This document shows, one piece after another, positions 27,301 to 36,216 of a DNA stretch of 64,000 bases. Position 1 is the first letter of the stretch; each line of letters begins with the position of its first letter. A program made the position numbers and the translations under genes. The stretch is taken from assembly GCA_965652295.1 (NCBI GenBank), contig CBFGTS010000006.1:192001-256000 (forward strand), in the 5' to 3' direction. This stretch comes from an uncultured Haloferula sp. (GTDB lineage Bacteria; Verrucomicrobiota; Verrucomicrobiia; Verrucomicrobiales; Akkermansiaceae). The notes beneath the pieces are model-generated. The model saw nothing but the letters and a program-made list of their open reading frames with translations, ran no database searches and had not been told where the DNA came from.

Positions 27301-30300
27301 ACGCCGACGGCATCGATCGCCTCAACCTCGACGGCACCTACGACGCCGCCTTCCGCGCCAACGTCATCGCCCCCTTCGAGCCCTTCGCCACCTACAACAA
27401 CCTTGAGTTCGGACCGGGCGGAGAATTCTACCTCGCCGGCCGCGTCCAGCTTCCCGGCGTGGGCTATCGCAACCTCGTCAAACTCAACTCCAACGGCACC
27501 CTCGACCCCACCTGGAAGTTCACCTACGGCAACTCCACCTTCTCCAACATCGGCATCCAGCCGGATGGAAAACTCATCGTTCCCGGAAGCTCCAGCTCCA
27601 CGGTCATCCGACTGCTGCCGGACGGCTCCACGGACGCCGGTTTCACCCCCATCACCGGCGTCTGGAGCCAGACCTTCGGCGTCGCCGCCGATGGCTCGGT
27701 TTACATCGCCAGCGGCAACAACTCCAATGCCAAGCTCCGCCACTTCCTCCCGGACGGAACCCTCGACAGCGCTTTCAACGGCGGCATCGATCCCGCCGCG
27801 AACAACACCATCAGCTCCATCACGCCCCTGCCCGATGGCTCGATCGCCATCCACGGTTCTTTCACTACCTTCAACGGCGCTTCCGCCGACCGGCCCTACC
27901 TGCTGACCGCCCAGAAGCAAGGCATCATCATCACCAGCCAGCCGCTGTCGCAAGCCGTCGATCCCGGTGACGACGTCTCGCTCCAGGTCGTCGCGACCTC
28001 CGTCACGCCGCTCACCTACCAGTGGTCCAAGAACGGCTCGCCGCTCCCCGGCGAAACGCTGCCGACCCTCCAGCTCGATGCCGTCGATACCTCCGACACC
28101 GCCGGCTACTCCGTCAAAGTCACGGCCGGCCCCCTTTCGGCCACCTCGGAAACCGCCTCGCTCACCGTCCGGGACGAACCCGTCGTGCTCGCCACGCCCG
28201 ACGACCTCACGCTGCTTCTCGGCAACCCGCTGGAACTCACCATCGATTGGGTCGGCCTGACTCCGGCCACCTTCGAGTGGTTCCGCAACGGCTCGCCGGT
28301 CGGCGGCCAGGACACCGCCACCCTTTCCATCCCCTCGCCCACCGCGGGCGACTCCGGCCTCTACACACTGCGCATCACCAACTCGCTCGGCCACACCACC
28401 AGCCACCCCGTGGTCGTCAACATCGTCCCCGACCCCGCCGCCATCGCCGCAGGCTACGTCCCCGCCACCGCCGGCAGCCCACAGGTCTCTGGCATCACTC
28501 CCGCGCCGGACGGTGCCTATGTCCACCACGAGTTTTCCACCATCACCCACCCCTCCGGAACCTATAACTCCGTCCTCGAACGCATCGACCTGAACGGCAA
28601 CATCGCCGAGCCCTTCGCCTCCACGCCCAACACCAACCTCAACAGGGTTTACCGTGATGCATCGACCGGCGACCTCTACCTCTACGGCCAGAGTCTGTTC
28701 CTCGATGGCATCCCCAGCCTCAGCCTCGCCCGCATCGCCGCCGACGGCACGGTCGACACCGCCTTCACCGCCGCCGCCACCGCCGCGCTGAACAGCATCG
28801 GCGTGAATCCCTTCGGCGTCGGCCTCGATGCCGACGGACGCGTCCTCGTCGGCGGCATCACCCACCTCGTCCGTCTCAACTCCGACGGCACCCTGCACGC
28901 CAACCTCAGCTCCGCCGTCAGCGATCTCTCCTTCATTCATCAAATGGAGATCGTCGAGGACGGGAAGATCCTCCTCGTCGCCAACCAAGGCATGCGCCGG
29001 GTGCTTCCCGATGGCACCATCGACCCCACCTTTACCATGCCGGCGCTCGGGGTCGGCGCCTCGTTCAGCCAATTCGAACTCGAACCGAACGGCAACATCA
29101 TCCTGCCCTTCGGCGGCTTCACCGGGCAGGCGATCTTCCGCCTTTCGCCCGAGGGCTCCCTGCTCGAAACCCTCGACTTCCCCTATTCCACCTACGGCAC
29201 TCTCCACCAGTTGAAGGTCACCCCGTCCGGCAAGTTCCTCATCGCGCACAGTACCGGCACAAAGCTCACCCGCCTCAACCCCGACGGCACGCCCGACCCA
29301 CAATTTTCCCTCACCACCGGCTTCGGCAACAGCCTCAGCACCATCGCCCTCGGCCCCGATGGCAGCTACTGGGCCGGCGGCTCCTTCACCACCTTCGAGG
29401 GCGCGAACGTCCGTGGCCTCGTCCGCCTGAATGGCGAGCCACTTGACGTCGTCATCTCCACCCAGCCCACCCCGCAGATCACCGACGCCGGGGAAACCGC
29501 CGCGTTCTCCGTCTCCGCCACCGCCTCCGGTGGGGCCACCCTTTCCTACCTCTGGCGCAGGGACGGCGTCCCGCTCGAAAACGGCGGCAAGATCTCCGGT
29601 GCCACCACCGCCACGCTCACGATCACCGATAGCCAGGACGCCGATGAAGGCAGCTACGACGTCATCGTCACCAACACCGTCACCGGCCGCCCTTACCTGT
29701 CCAACCCCGTCAACCTCACCGTCCTCCGCGAGCCCGAGTTCCTCGTCACCCCCGCCGCGCAGAACCTCGAAGTCGGCGATTCCCTGACCCTTTCCATCGA
29801 AGCCCGCGGTGCCGGCACCCTCGGCTACCAGTGGCTCCGCAATGGCGATCCCATCTTCGGGGAAAACGCCGCCACCCTCACCATCTCGCCGGCCAAGGAG
29901 CAGGACAGCGGCACCTACACCGTGGAAATCAGCAACGCCTACGGCACCTTCAGCTCCATCGACATCCCCGTCGTCGTCACGCTTCCCGCCGGAGGCATCC
30001 GCTACACCACGCCGCAGCTCACCTTCGGCAGCACCGTCGCCGCCGTCCTCCCGCTGCCCGACGGCCGCACCCTCGTCGGCGGCTATTTCACCAACGTCAT
30101 CGCCAACTCCACCAACCACAACATCAGTGAACTCGCCCTGCTCGACGTGGACGGCAACCTCGTCACCACCTTCGATCTGAATCCGAGCAGCAGCGTCGAT
30201 GCCCTCGCCCTCATGCCCGATGGCGGCGTCCTCGTCGGCGGCAACTTCACCTTCATCGGCGGCGTCTCCCGCAACCGCATCGCCCGCCTGAATCCCGACC

Positions 30301-33101
30301 TCACGCTCGACACCGACTGGACCGCCGACGCCGGAGCCAACAACCGCATCAACGTCATCGAGCCCGCCCCCACCGGCTACTATGTCGGGGGTAGTTTCAC
30401 CTCCTTCAATGGCGACACCCTCCTCGCCCACCTCTGCCGCATCCTCCCCGACGGTTCGCCCGATCCCGGGTTCCTCCCCCATGCCCCCCTCGGCATCATT
30501 TACGACCTCCAGCGCGATGGCGACGGCGTCCTCGCCGGCGGAAACATGACCGTCGCCAACGCCGACACCGCCAACAACCAGATCGGCATCGTCCGCCTCC
30601 ATGGCGATGGCTCCCACGACACCGGCTTCGTCTCCACAATGGCCTTCGGCACCACCGTCTACAGCATCGCCGCCCTGCCGGATGGCAAATGGCTCGCCGG
30701 CGGCACCTCGGGCCGCCTCCAGCGCTTCCTGCCGGACGGCACTACCGATTCCACCTGGCTCGCCTCCGCCAACCAGACGATCCGCTCCATCGCCGTCCAA
30801 CCCGATGGCCTCATCGTGATCGGCGGCAATTTCACCACCCTCGCCGGCACCTCCGTCAACCGCATCGGCCGCCTCTTCCCCAACGGCTCGCCCGATGCCT
30901 CCTTCGCTCAGGGCGCGGGAGCCGATGGCGAGATCAACGTCATCGCCCGGGACGCGCTCGGCGGTCTTCACATCGGCGGCAGCTTCAACAACTACCGCTC
31001 CCAGCAACGCGGCCGCTACGCCCGCCTCAACGGCACCCCCGTTTCCATCGGCATTGCCATCCAACCCGTCGCCCAGATCGTCAACCCCGGCGACACCGCA
31101 CAGTTCAGCATCACCGCCGTCGCCACCGAGACCATCAGCTACCAATGGCGGAAAAATGGCACCCCCCTCAGCAACGGCGGCGATTTCTCCGGCGTGACGA
31201 CCGCCACCCTCACCATCGCCAACGTCGAGGACACCGACGAGGCCGGCTACGACGTCGTCGTCACCCACAACGGCGACGCCACCGCCATCACCTCCGCCTC
31301 CGCCGAACTCGTCGTCCTCGGCGCGCCCGAGATCCTCACCCCGCCCGCCGCCGTCACCACCGAGGCCGGACTTTCCGCCACCTTCCGCGTCAATGCCCGC
31401 GGCGTCGCCCCCCTCACCTACCAATGGTATCGCGGAAACACCCTGCTCAGCGATGAGACCGGCATCGCCGGTACATCTACGGCGGAACTCGTACTTTCCG
31501 GCCTCGCCGTTGCCGACAGCGGCGACATCAAGGTCCGCGTCACCAACCCGCTGGGCTTCGACGAAAGCAGCCCCGTCGCCCTGCTCGTCGAGAAGCTCCC
31601 CGCCGCCCGCGATCGCTCGATCGTCCTCCCCGTCAACGTGAACACCACCATCAACGACGTGATCCCCTTCGCCGACGGCAGCTACCTCATCGGTGGCAAC
31701 TTCACCTCCGTCTCCCACACCACCGGCAGCGCCAGCCGCCGCTACCTCGCCAGGTTCCATGCCGATGGCTCGCTCGATTCCGACATCCCCCAGATCAGCG
31801 GCAGTGGCACGGTCGAGATCCTCGCCCTCGCTCCCGATGGCAAGATCTACATCGGCGGCGGCTTCACCACCCTCAGCACCCCGGGAGGAAACATCAGCCG
31901 CACCCGCATCGCGCGACTCAACTCCGACCTCTCGCTCGACACCACCTTCGCCGTCGAAGGCACCGGCCCGAACTCCGCGGTGAAATGCATCCTCCCCCTC
32001 GCCAACGGCAAGGTCCTCATCGGCGGGCAGTTCAATAACATCAACTCCCTCGCCGGCACCGGCTACCTCGCCCTGCTCAACTCCGACGGCAGCGTCGACA
32101 CCGGCTTCACTTCCCTGGCCACCACCACCGTCAACGACATCGCCCCCGCCGGCGACGGCACCTACTGGCTCAGCCATTCCAACAGCTACGGCGGCCAGAT
32201 GCGCATCGTCCGCATCGACGCCACCGGCGCCGTCGCCTCCGGCTTCTCCTATACCAGCAACATCAGCTCGGACCGCGTCAGCCCGCAGCCCGATGGCACC
32301 GTCCTCTCCATCGCCAGCTACGCCGTCCAGAAACTCGAAGCCTCCGGCACCATCGTCAACGGCTGGGGCGGCGGCGGCACCTATCTCGGCGTTTCCAATC
32401 CCAGCGCCATCACCACCCACACCGACGGCACCATCTATCTCGGCGGCAATTTCACCGGCATCAACAGCGTCACCCGCAACCGCCTCGCCGCGCTCGATAG
32501 CGATGGCTCCATCATTGATGCCTTCGACCCCGGCGATGGCCCCAACGGCCCCACCAGCCGCATCCGCATCGATGCCGCCGGCCGCGTCTGGGTCGTCGGA
32601 TCCTTCACCACCTACCGCGGCGAAAGCGTGCCCTACATGGTCGTCCTCAACGGCCTCGGCGATGGCACCAGCGATCCCTTCAACACCTTCGTCGCCACCC
32701 TGCCGCCCGGCGAGCAGGGCGAAAACGACGACCCCGACGGCGATGGCTTCCCCAACCTGATCGAGTTCCTCTTCGGCACCGACCCCGGCAACGGCGGCAC
32801 CACCCCCACCCCCGTCTCCACGGGCAGTGCCCAGACCGGAGCCGCCCTCAATGCCACCTACAGCCTCAGCCTTGATCCGGGGAAAACCTACCGCCTCGTC
32901 GAAATCGAGATCCCCACCGATCTCATGGGCCTCGATGTCGACCTCGAAGCCAGCCAGGACCTCGGTTTCAGCGGCGATGCCACCGCCACCGAAATCGGTG
33001 TTCCCACCGACAACGGCAGCACCGAAACCCGCCGCTACGTCATCACACCCGCCCTCGAGGACGCCCCCGCAATGTTCTGGCGCCTCACCGCCACGAGGTG
33101 A
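24375..33101 (+). CDS. Giant secreted repeat protein (delta-60-type beta-propeller repeats, two Calx-beta, multiple Ig-like domains, Ca-binding DxDGDG motif, C-terminal domain)
   Basis: Many QPDGKI..GGxF / RLNPDGSLDTSF repeats; ITRQP..YQWFKNG..GxYxVxVTN Ig units; TSPGTA..DF / DxxAExxExF Calx-beta; DDPDGDGFPNLIEFLFGTDP; ends FWRLTATR. Confidence 0.93.
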   Translation: MIRSLIFLAALAAIAPAAPDTVDTTFASTAGQVFTPNHYGGVASLLVQPDGRILFGSNEIPGTVGGNPLRLPLIRFNPDGSVDNTFFADNEPNGSDGGIYYDGQGWSEVHSLGLLSDGKIVAAGVMQGVRTGTVSSPGTFLQSNSIVRFNADGTIDTSFQTAGTIGWPTGGLNFIDEVTIQPDDKIIAVGGFGGFRDSLALPSVARHGIARLNVDGSLDTSFQINPSEFGVPTGASLVRGWFQQASLDASGRVLVVGGFEWGPSFPPAGSVEVLARLNPDGSRDTSFSPVLPADLAGFRNVVVEPSGRITVVASRTNDQTWMGRFLPDGTPDATFVLDPSLTTFSARPLRVDAAGRYLVATRSASGAYDRLVRILPDGSLDTAFEALATYVNGPSGSGPGYFGTFDTAPSGKIYSGSFFDRVNGEETVKLVAFEGDYSPSATGQIRLAATAVSAAEQDGMIRVAVTRDGGVAGIATVQFATSPGTANSTDFTLTAGTLTWPAGTGGSQFIEIPITQDSIAEGSEPFTLVLSNATGATISGASVATATIIDSNSPPIITRQPQTLFVPPGSPFTLNVGVVSGAGPVTYQWFKNGNLLSGATAPVYSIPSADAAAHNGNYTVTVTNPNGSTPSAAAGVTVKNPAILGFTSPTATAVENDGTLTLTLQRAGSNVGAVSVDVSLVDGTATSPADFTAATTTVSWADGDTADKTIAITLTNDAAAESPETFQVILENLSLDAIFGGATTVVTLLDDDSGPAITTPLASMRAVTGWNAAFSVGVQSQTTVSYEWFKDGESLPGETGATLSFEPVTLADFGYYSVEATNTAGTVTSGPVELGARPNPLDRVALDLSVSSNQFSGISARPAGGYLIYGAFTSVPTSGGTVSISRVMRTHPDGSLDTTFSPAPNSTVTHALELSDGSTILGGGFSQIGVVSVSGPLVKLLPDGSVDPDFSSNLPAGIGSLRDLEIGPDGRIYVTHADGIDRLNLDGTYDAAFRANVIAPFEPFATYNNLEFGPGGEFYLAGRVQLPGVGYRNLVKLNSNGTLDPTWKFTYGNSTFSNIGIQPDGKLIVPGSSSSTVIRLLPDGSTDAGFTPITGVWSQTFGVAADGSVYIASGNNSNAKLRHFLPDGTLDSAFNGGIDPAANNTISSITPLPDGSIAIHGSFTTFNGASADRPYLLTAQKQGIIITSQPLSQAVDPGDDVSLQVVATSVTPLTYQWSKNGSPLPGETLPTLQLDAVDTSDTAGYSVKVTAGPLSATSETASLTVRDEPVVLATPDDLTLLLGNPLELTIDWVGLTPATFEWFRNGSPVGGQDTATLSIPSPTAGDSGLYTLRITNSLGHTTSHPVVVNIVPDPAAIAAGYVPATAGSPQVSGITPAPDGAYVHHEFSTITHPSGTYNSVLERIDLNGNIAEPFASTPNTNLNRVYRDASTGDLYLYGQSLFLDGIPSLSLARIAADGTVDTAFTAAATAALNSIGVNPFGVGLDADGRVLVGGITHLVRLNSDGTLHANLSSAVSDLSFIHQMEIVEDGKILLVANQGMRRVLPDGTIDPTFTMPALGVGASFSQFELEPNGNIILPFGGFTGQAIFRLSPEGSLLETLDFPYSTYGTLHQLKVTPSGKFLIAHSTGTKLTRLNPDGTPDPQFSLTTGFGNSLSTIALGPDGSYWAGGSFTTFEGANVRGLVRLNGEPLDVVISTQPTPQITDAGETAAFSVSATASGGATLSYLWRRDGVPLENGGKISGATTATLTITDSQDADEGSYDVIVTNTVTGRPYLSNPVNLTVLREPEFLVTPAAQNLEVGDSLTLSIEARGAGTLGYQWLRNGDPIFGENAATLTISPAKEQDSGTYTVEISNAYGTFSSIDIPVVVTLPAGGIRYTTPQLTFGSTVAAVLPLPDGRTLVGGYFTNVIANSTNHNISELALLDVDGNLVTTFDLNPSSSVDALALMPDGGVLVGGNFTFIGGVSRNRIARLNPDLTLDTDWTADAGANNRINVIEPAPTGYYVGGSFTSFNGDTLLAHLCRILPDGSPDPGFLPHAPLGIIYDLQRDGDGVLAGGNMTVANADTANNQIGIVRLHGDGSHDTGFVSTMAFGTTVYSIAALPDGKWLAGGTSGRLQRFLPDGTTDSTWLASANQTIRSIAVQPDGLIVIGGNFTTLAGTSVNRIGRLFPNGSPDASFAQGAGADGEINVIARDALGGLHIGGSFNNYRSQQRGRYARLNGTPVSIGIAIQPVAQIVNPGDTAQFSITAVATETISYQWRKNGTPLSNGGDFSGVTTATLTIANVEDTDEAGYDVVVTHNGDATAITSASAELVVLGAPEILTPPAAVTTEAGLSATFRVNARGVAPLTYQWYRGNTLLSDETGIAGTSTAELVLSGLAVADSGDIKVRVTNPLGFDESSPVALLVEKLPAARDRSIVLPVNVNTTINDVIPFADGSYLIGGNFTSVSHTTGSASRRYLARFHADGSLDSDIPQISGSGTVEILALAPDGKIYIGGGFTTLSTPGGNISRTRIARLNSDLSLDTTFAVEGTGPNSAVKCILPLANGKVLIGGQFNNINSLAGTGYLALLNSDGSVDTGFTSLATTTVNDIAPAGDGTYWLSHSNSYGGQMRIVRIDATGAVASGFSYTSNISSDRVSPQPDGTVLSIASYAVQKLEASGTIVNGWGGGGTYLGVSNPSAITTHTDGTIYLGGNFTGINSVTRNRLAALDSDGSIIDAFDPGDGPNGPTSRIRIDAAGRVWVVGSFTTYRGESVPYMVVLNGLGDGTSDPFNTFVATLPPGEQGENDDPDGDGFPNLIEFLFGTDPGNGGTTPTPVSTGSAQTGAALNATYSLSLDPGKTYRLVEIEIPTDLMGLDVDLEASQDLGFSGDATATEIGVPTDNGSTETRRYVITPALEDAPAMFWRLTATR

Positions 33102-33104
33102 GGA

Positions 33105-33128
33105 ATTTCAGATTTCAGATTTCCGATT
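33105..33128. repeat. Heptamer tandem repeat (ATTTCAG)-like x3
   Basis: ATTTCAG ATTTCAG ATTTCCG ATT immediately after the stop codon. Confidence 0.6.
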
Positions 33129-33191
33129 GAAGAACGCCAAGCGCCAGGCCCGCCCCCATGAATTGGACCGCGAGCTTCAGCTCGCTCTTCC

Positions 33192-33424
33192 TCAACTCAC
33201 CTCCCGGCTGCCCTCGGTTTGAACTACCGGGGAATCCTCGGTAGTTGCCTCCCGGCTCAGCTCACCCTCCTCAAAGAGGATCTTGAGGTGGAGCCCCACG
33301 TTGTCCGTGCTCACATTAAAAGCTGGGCCATTTCCCGCTGGGTCAACCAGACCGTCTGATCCTTCGCCCGCAGCTGGATCTGACTCCGGCCGTCTTCCGT
33401 GGTGTAGAGAATCAAGTCGCTCAT
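33192..33424 (-). pseudogene. RhuM (virulence RhuM family) N-terminal remnant, frameshifted
   Basis: MSDLILYTTEDGRSQIQLRAKDQTVWLTQREMAQL in one frame continues as FNVSTDNVGLHLKILFEEGELSREATTEDSPVVQTEGSREVS* in another. Confidence 0.85.
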
Positions 33425-33531
33425 GAGGCAGAAGGAGATGGGACAGGCATACGAACGAGCGCCGGATGGACAAGATGAAGGCGCGAAAACGACCGACGCA
33501 CACCTATCGGGCAGCCGTTTCCGTGTCCCCC

Positions 33532-33636
33532 TCACACCCCCGGCTCGCGCGTCACGGTGGCCAGCACGCCGATGCCCAGGACGACCAGCCACAACGCGTA
33601 GGGGTCGAAGAAGGACAGGGCTTCCGAAATTTCCAT
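33532..33636 (-). pseudogene. 34-aa hydrophobic ORF, possibly the 5' remnant of a membrane transporter
   Basis: MEISEALSFFDPYALWLVVLGIGVLATVTREPGV*, genome-typical codons ending abruptly. Confidence 0.35.
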
Positions 33637-33665
33637 CGTCCACTCTGGCCCGGTTCCGCGATCCG

Positions 33666-33718
33666 GCAAATCGCAGGAAACGCGCGGCAAGCGAGCGTCC
33701 ATCGTTGGCAAGCCAGCG
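33666..33718 (+). promoter_or_regulatory. Three direct repeats at 21-bp spacing (AraC-type site candidate)
   Basis: GCAAATCGCAG (33666), GCAAGCGAGCG (33687), GCAAGCCAGCG (33708). Confidence 0.65.
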
Positions 33719-33797
33719 TTAGCTGAAACGGGCGCGGCCGGCGCATCGTCCTGCCGTCACCCCGCCATCCCGGCGACGGTGCGAACCCCGACCTACC

Positions 33798-34427
33798 ATG
33801 AAATACCTCATCGCCCTCGTCTCCCTCATCGGCGTCTCCCACGCCGCCGTCCTGCTGGAAAACATCAACCTCCAGAGCACCCAGCAAACCACCACCGTCT
33901 GGACCGACCTCACCAGCGCCAACCCCACGCAGACGCCGGACAGCGGCGACGGCACCATGGCGGTCTCCGGTGCCTTCGGTGCCTCCGCCGGACTCTACAG
34001 CTTCTCCGGCGACTACAGCGCCACCATCGCCCAGTCGGTCGCCTTCGATATCGAATCGATGGTCCTGCAAATCGAAGCCTCACCCAACGGCGAATTCCCC
34101 TACTCCGGCGGCCCTCTTCTCACCCTGACCACCACCTCCGGCACCGAAATCCTCGCCGCCACCAACTACGGTCCCGGCGCGTCCGAAGTCCGCTCCGGCG
34201 GCATGGGTCCCGCCACCTACACCGCTTACGCCTGGCAGTGGGACCTCTCCGGCTATGGCGACACCATCACCTCGGTGAGCGTCGAAACGCCTTTCGCCGT
34301 CCACACCTCGGTCACCGCCGCCCGCATCGACGTGGGCGATTCCTTCAGCCCGGTCGTCGTGCCCGAGCCCTCCGCCACGCTGCTTTCGCTCGCGGGCCTC
34401 GGCTTCGCGCTGCGCCGCCGCCGCTGA
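33798..34427 (+). CDS. PEP-CTERM surface protein
   Basis: Signal peptide; VPEPSATLLSLAGLGFALRRRR. Confidence 0.92.
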   Translation: MKYLIALVSLIGVSHAAVLLENINLQSTQQTTTVWTDLTSANPTQTPDSGDGTMAVSGAFGASAGLYSFSGDYSATIAQSVAFDIESMVLQIEASPNGEFPYSGGPLLTLTTTSGTEILAATNYGPGASEVRSGGMGPATYTAYAWQWDLSGYGDTITSVSVETPFAVHTSVTAARIDVGDSFSPVVVPEPSATLLSLAGLGFALRRRR

Positions 34428-34429
34428 GC

Positions 34430-34461
34430 GCAATCCACCGCTCACAACACGCAACCGACCA
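34430..34461 (+). promoter_or_regulatory. Two direct repeats at 21-bp spacing
   Basis: GCAATCCACCG (34430), GCAACCGACCA (34451). Confidence 0.6.
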
Positions 34462-34502
34462 CTAGCCCGCCGGGCACCGCGCCCGGCAGGCTCCGCGCTC
34501 TC

Positions 34503-35423
34503 ATGAAGCTCCATCCCGTCGCCTTCCTGTCCTTCGCCCTCCCCCTCTTCGCCGGCTCGCCGCCGGATGCCGATCGCGAAGCCATCCTCGCCATGGCCGG
34601 CACGCACACCGTGAACTTCCACTTCGAGGAAAACACGCCGGTCGCCGAAGACTACGAACTCCAACCGAAGCCCTACGACGAGAACGCCACCGAGATCGTC
34701 ACGGTCGTCGAGGACACGCCGACCCGGATCGCGCTCCAGCACCTGCTCGTCGTCCAGGGAAAGGAGAACAAGCCGATGGTGATCAAACACTGGGCCCAGA
34801 TCTGGACGTGGGAGGACACCCGCCTGCTCGACTACACCGGCGAGGACCAGATCCACGATTGGAACATCGTCCACATCACTCCCGAGCAAGCCGCCGGCAC
34901 CTGGACCCAGCTCGTCACACAGGTCGATGACACGCCTCGCTACGAGGGTTATGGTAAATGGATCCACGCCCGCGGCGAAAGCTCGTGGGAGAGCAGCCTC
35001 ACCCGCCGGCCGCTGCCACGACGCGAGTACACCAAGCGCGACGACTACGACTACCTGCTCGTCACCAACCGCCACACGCTCACCAACGAGGGCTGGGTCC
35101 ATTTCCAAGACAACCGCAAGGTCGTGGATCGCGAGGACGAACCCGTTCAGGTCCTTTGTTTCGAAACGGGCATCAACACCTACACCCGCACCGAGAGCCC
35201 GTTCACCGAGGTCGCGATGAACTGGTGGAAGGAACACGGCGAATTCTGGGACGGTGTCCGCAATTTCTGGAGCGAGTCCCAGGACAAGGCTTCCGAGCTG
35301 TTTTCCTACACCACTTCGAAGAACGACAAGTCCCTCAGCAAGCTCCTCGACCAACTCCAGAAAGACAACGCGTCCGCCGAGACCGTCGCCGCCGAGCTCA
35401 CCCCCTTCGTCATCGCGAAATAG
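34503..35423 (+). CDS. DUF6607 family protein
   Basis: DREAILAMAG..VNFHFEE, LQHLLV, IKHWAQIW, QVDDTPRYEGYG, RPLPRREYTKRDDY, GWVHFQDNRK. Confidence 0.85.
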   Translation: MKLHPVAFLSFALPLFAGSPPDADREAILAMAGTHTVNFHFEENTPVAEDYELQPKPYDENATEIVTVVEDTPTRIALQHLLVVQGKENKPMVIKHWAQIWTWEDTRLLDYTGEDQIHDWNIVHITPEQAAGTWTQLVTQVDDTPRYEGYGKWIHARGESSWESSLTRRPLPRREYTKRDDYDYLLVTNRHTLTNEGWVHFQDNRKVVDREDEPVQVLCFETGINTYTRTESPFTEVAMNWWKEHGEFWDGVRNFWSESQDKASELFSYTTSKNDKSLSKLLDQLQKDNASAETVAAELTPFVIAK

Positions 35424-35442
35424 CACCAACTACCACACCCCC

Positions 35443-36090
35443 ATGAGATCCGCCCTCGCCACCGCCGCCGCATTCGGCCTCGTCCTCACTGCCCAAGCCA
35501 CCACCGTCGGCATCCCCGCCGCCGATGGCTCCTACGCCCTGTGGGACACTTTCACCGACGCGAACCCCGGCTACCCTGCCTTGGAATTCAGCGCCGCCAC
35601 TCCCACCGTCGCCTCCACCAGCGACTTCTCCGCGTTGCTTTCCGCGAGTATGGGCGGATCCGTGACCGGCTCGGGTGACCGGATCTACAACGGTGTTGGT
35701 GCCGGCTCCGGAGCGTTCCGCCTCAGCATTGACGGCACCGCCACCAGCCCACTCACGGATCTGATCCTGGTGCTGAAGATGACTCCTCCGTCCAGCGGCA
35801 CCATTCAGGACTTCTTCACCGTCACCCTCGATGGCCATGCCGCGACGGGCTCATACCTTGGAACCACCGGTGAGACGATCGGCGGCGGCGAGATGAGCAT
35901 CATCACCTTCAGTTGGACCGGCCTTTCCATCGCGGCCTCGGAGAACTTCGTGCTTTCCCTCACCAGCCCGGCCGACGGCCACGTCTCGGTGGACTCCATC
36001 CAGCTTTCCCCAGCCATCGTCCCCGAGCCCTCGGTGGCTCTCCTCGGTGGCCTCGGCATGCTGGGCATGCTCCGCCGCCGCCGCTGCTGA
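35443..36090 (+). CDS. PEP-CTERM surface protein
   Basis: Signal peptide; VPEPSVALLGGLGMLGMLRRRRC. Confidence 0.92.
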   Translation: MRSALATAAAFGLVLTAQATTVGIPAADGSYALWDTFTDANPGYPALEFSAATPTVASTSDFSALLSASMGGSVTGSGDRIYNGVGAGSGAFRLSIDGTATSPLTDLILVLKMTPPSSGTIQDFFTVTLDGHAATGSYLGTTGETIGGGEMSIITFSWTGLSIAASENFVLSLTSPADGHVSVDSIQLSPAIVPEPSVALLGGLGMLGMLRRRRC

Positions 36091-36216
36091 CCGGCCTCAC
36101 CTGTCCGTCGCCCCATCACCGCCGCGGACTCCCCCCGGCCGGTGGTGTCGCCTCAGCCCCACGACTCTTTCGCCATCACCCGCCGCATGCGCCGACTCTC
36201 CCGCCTTCAGCTTTCT

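Noticed and set aside
26082..32420. 2112-aa minus-strand ORF (also 4627-7302, 52293-54215, 14218-15855 and similar)
   Set aside because: Antisense shadows of well-supported genes. High-GC codon bias removes stop codons on the opposite strand, and no family motifs are present.
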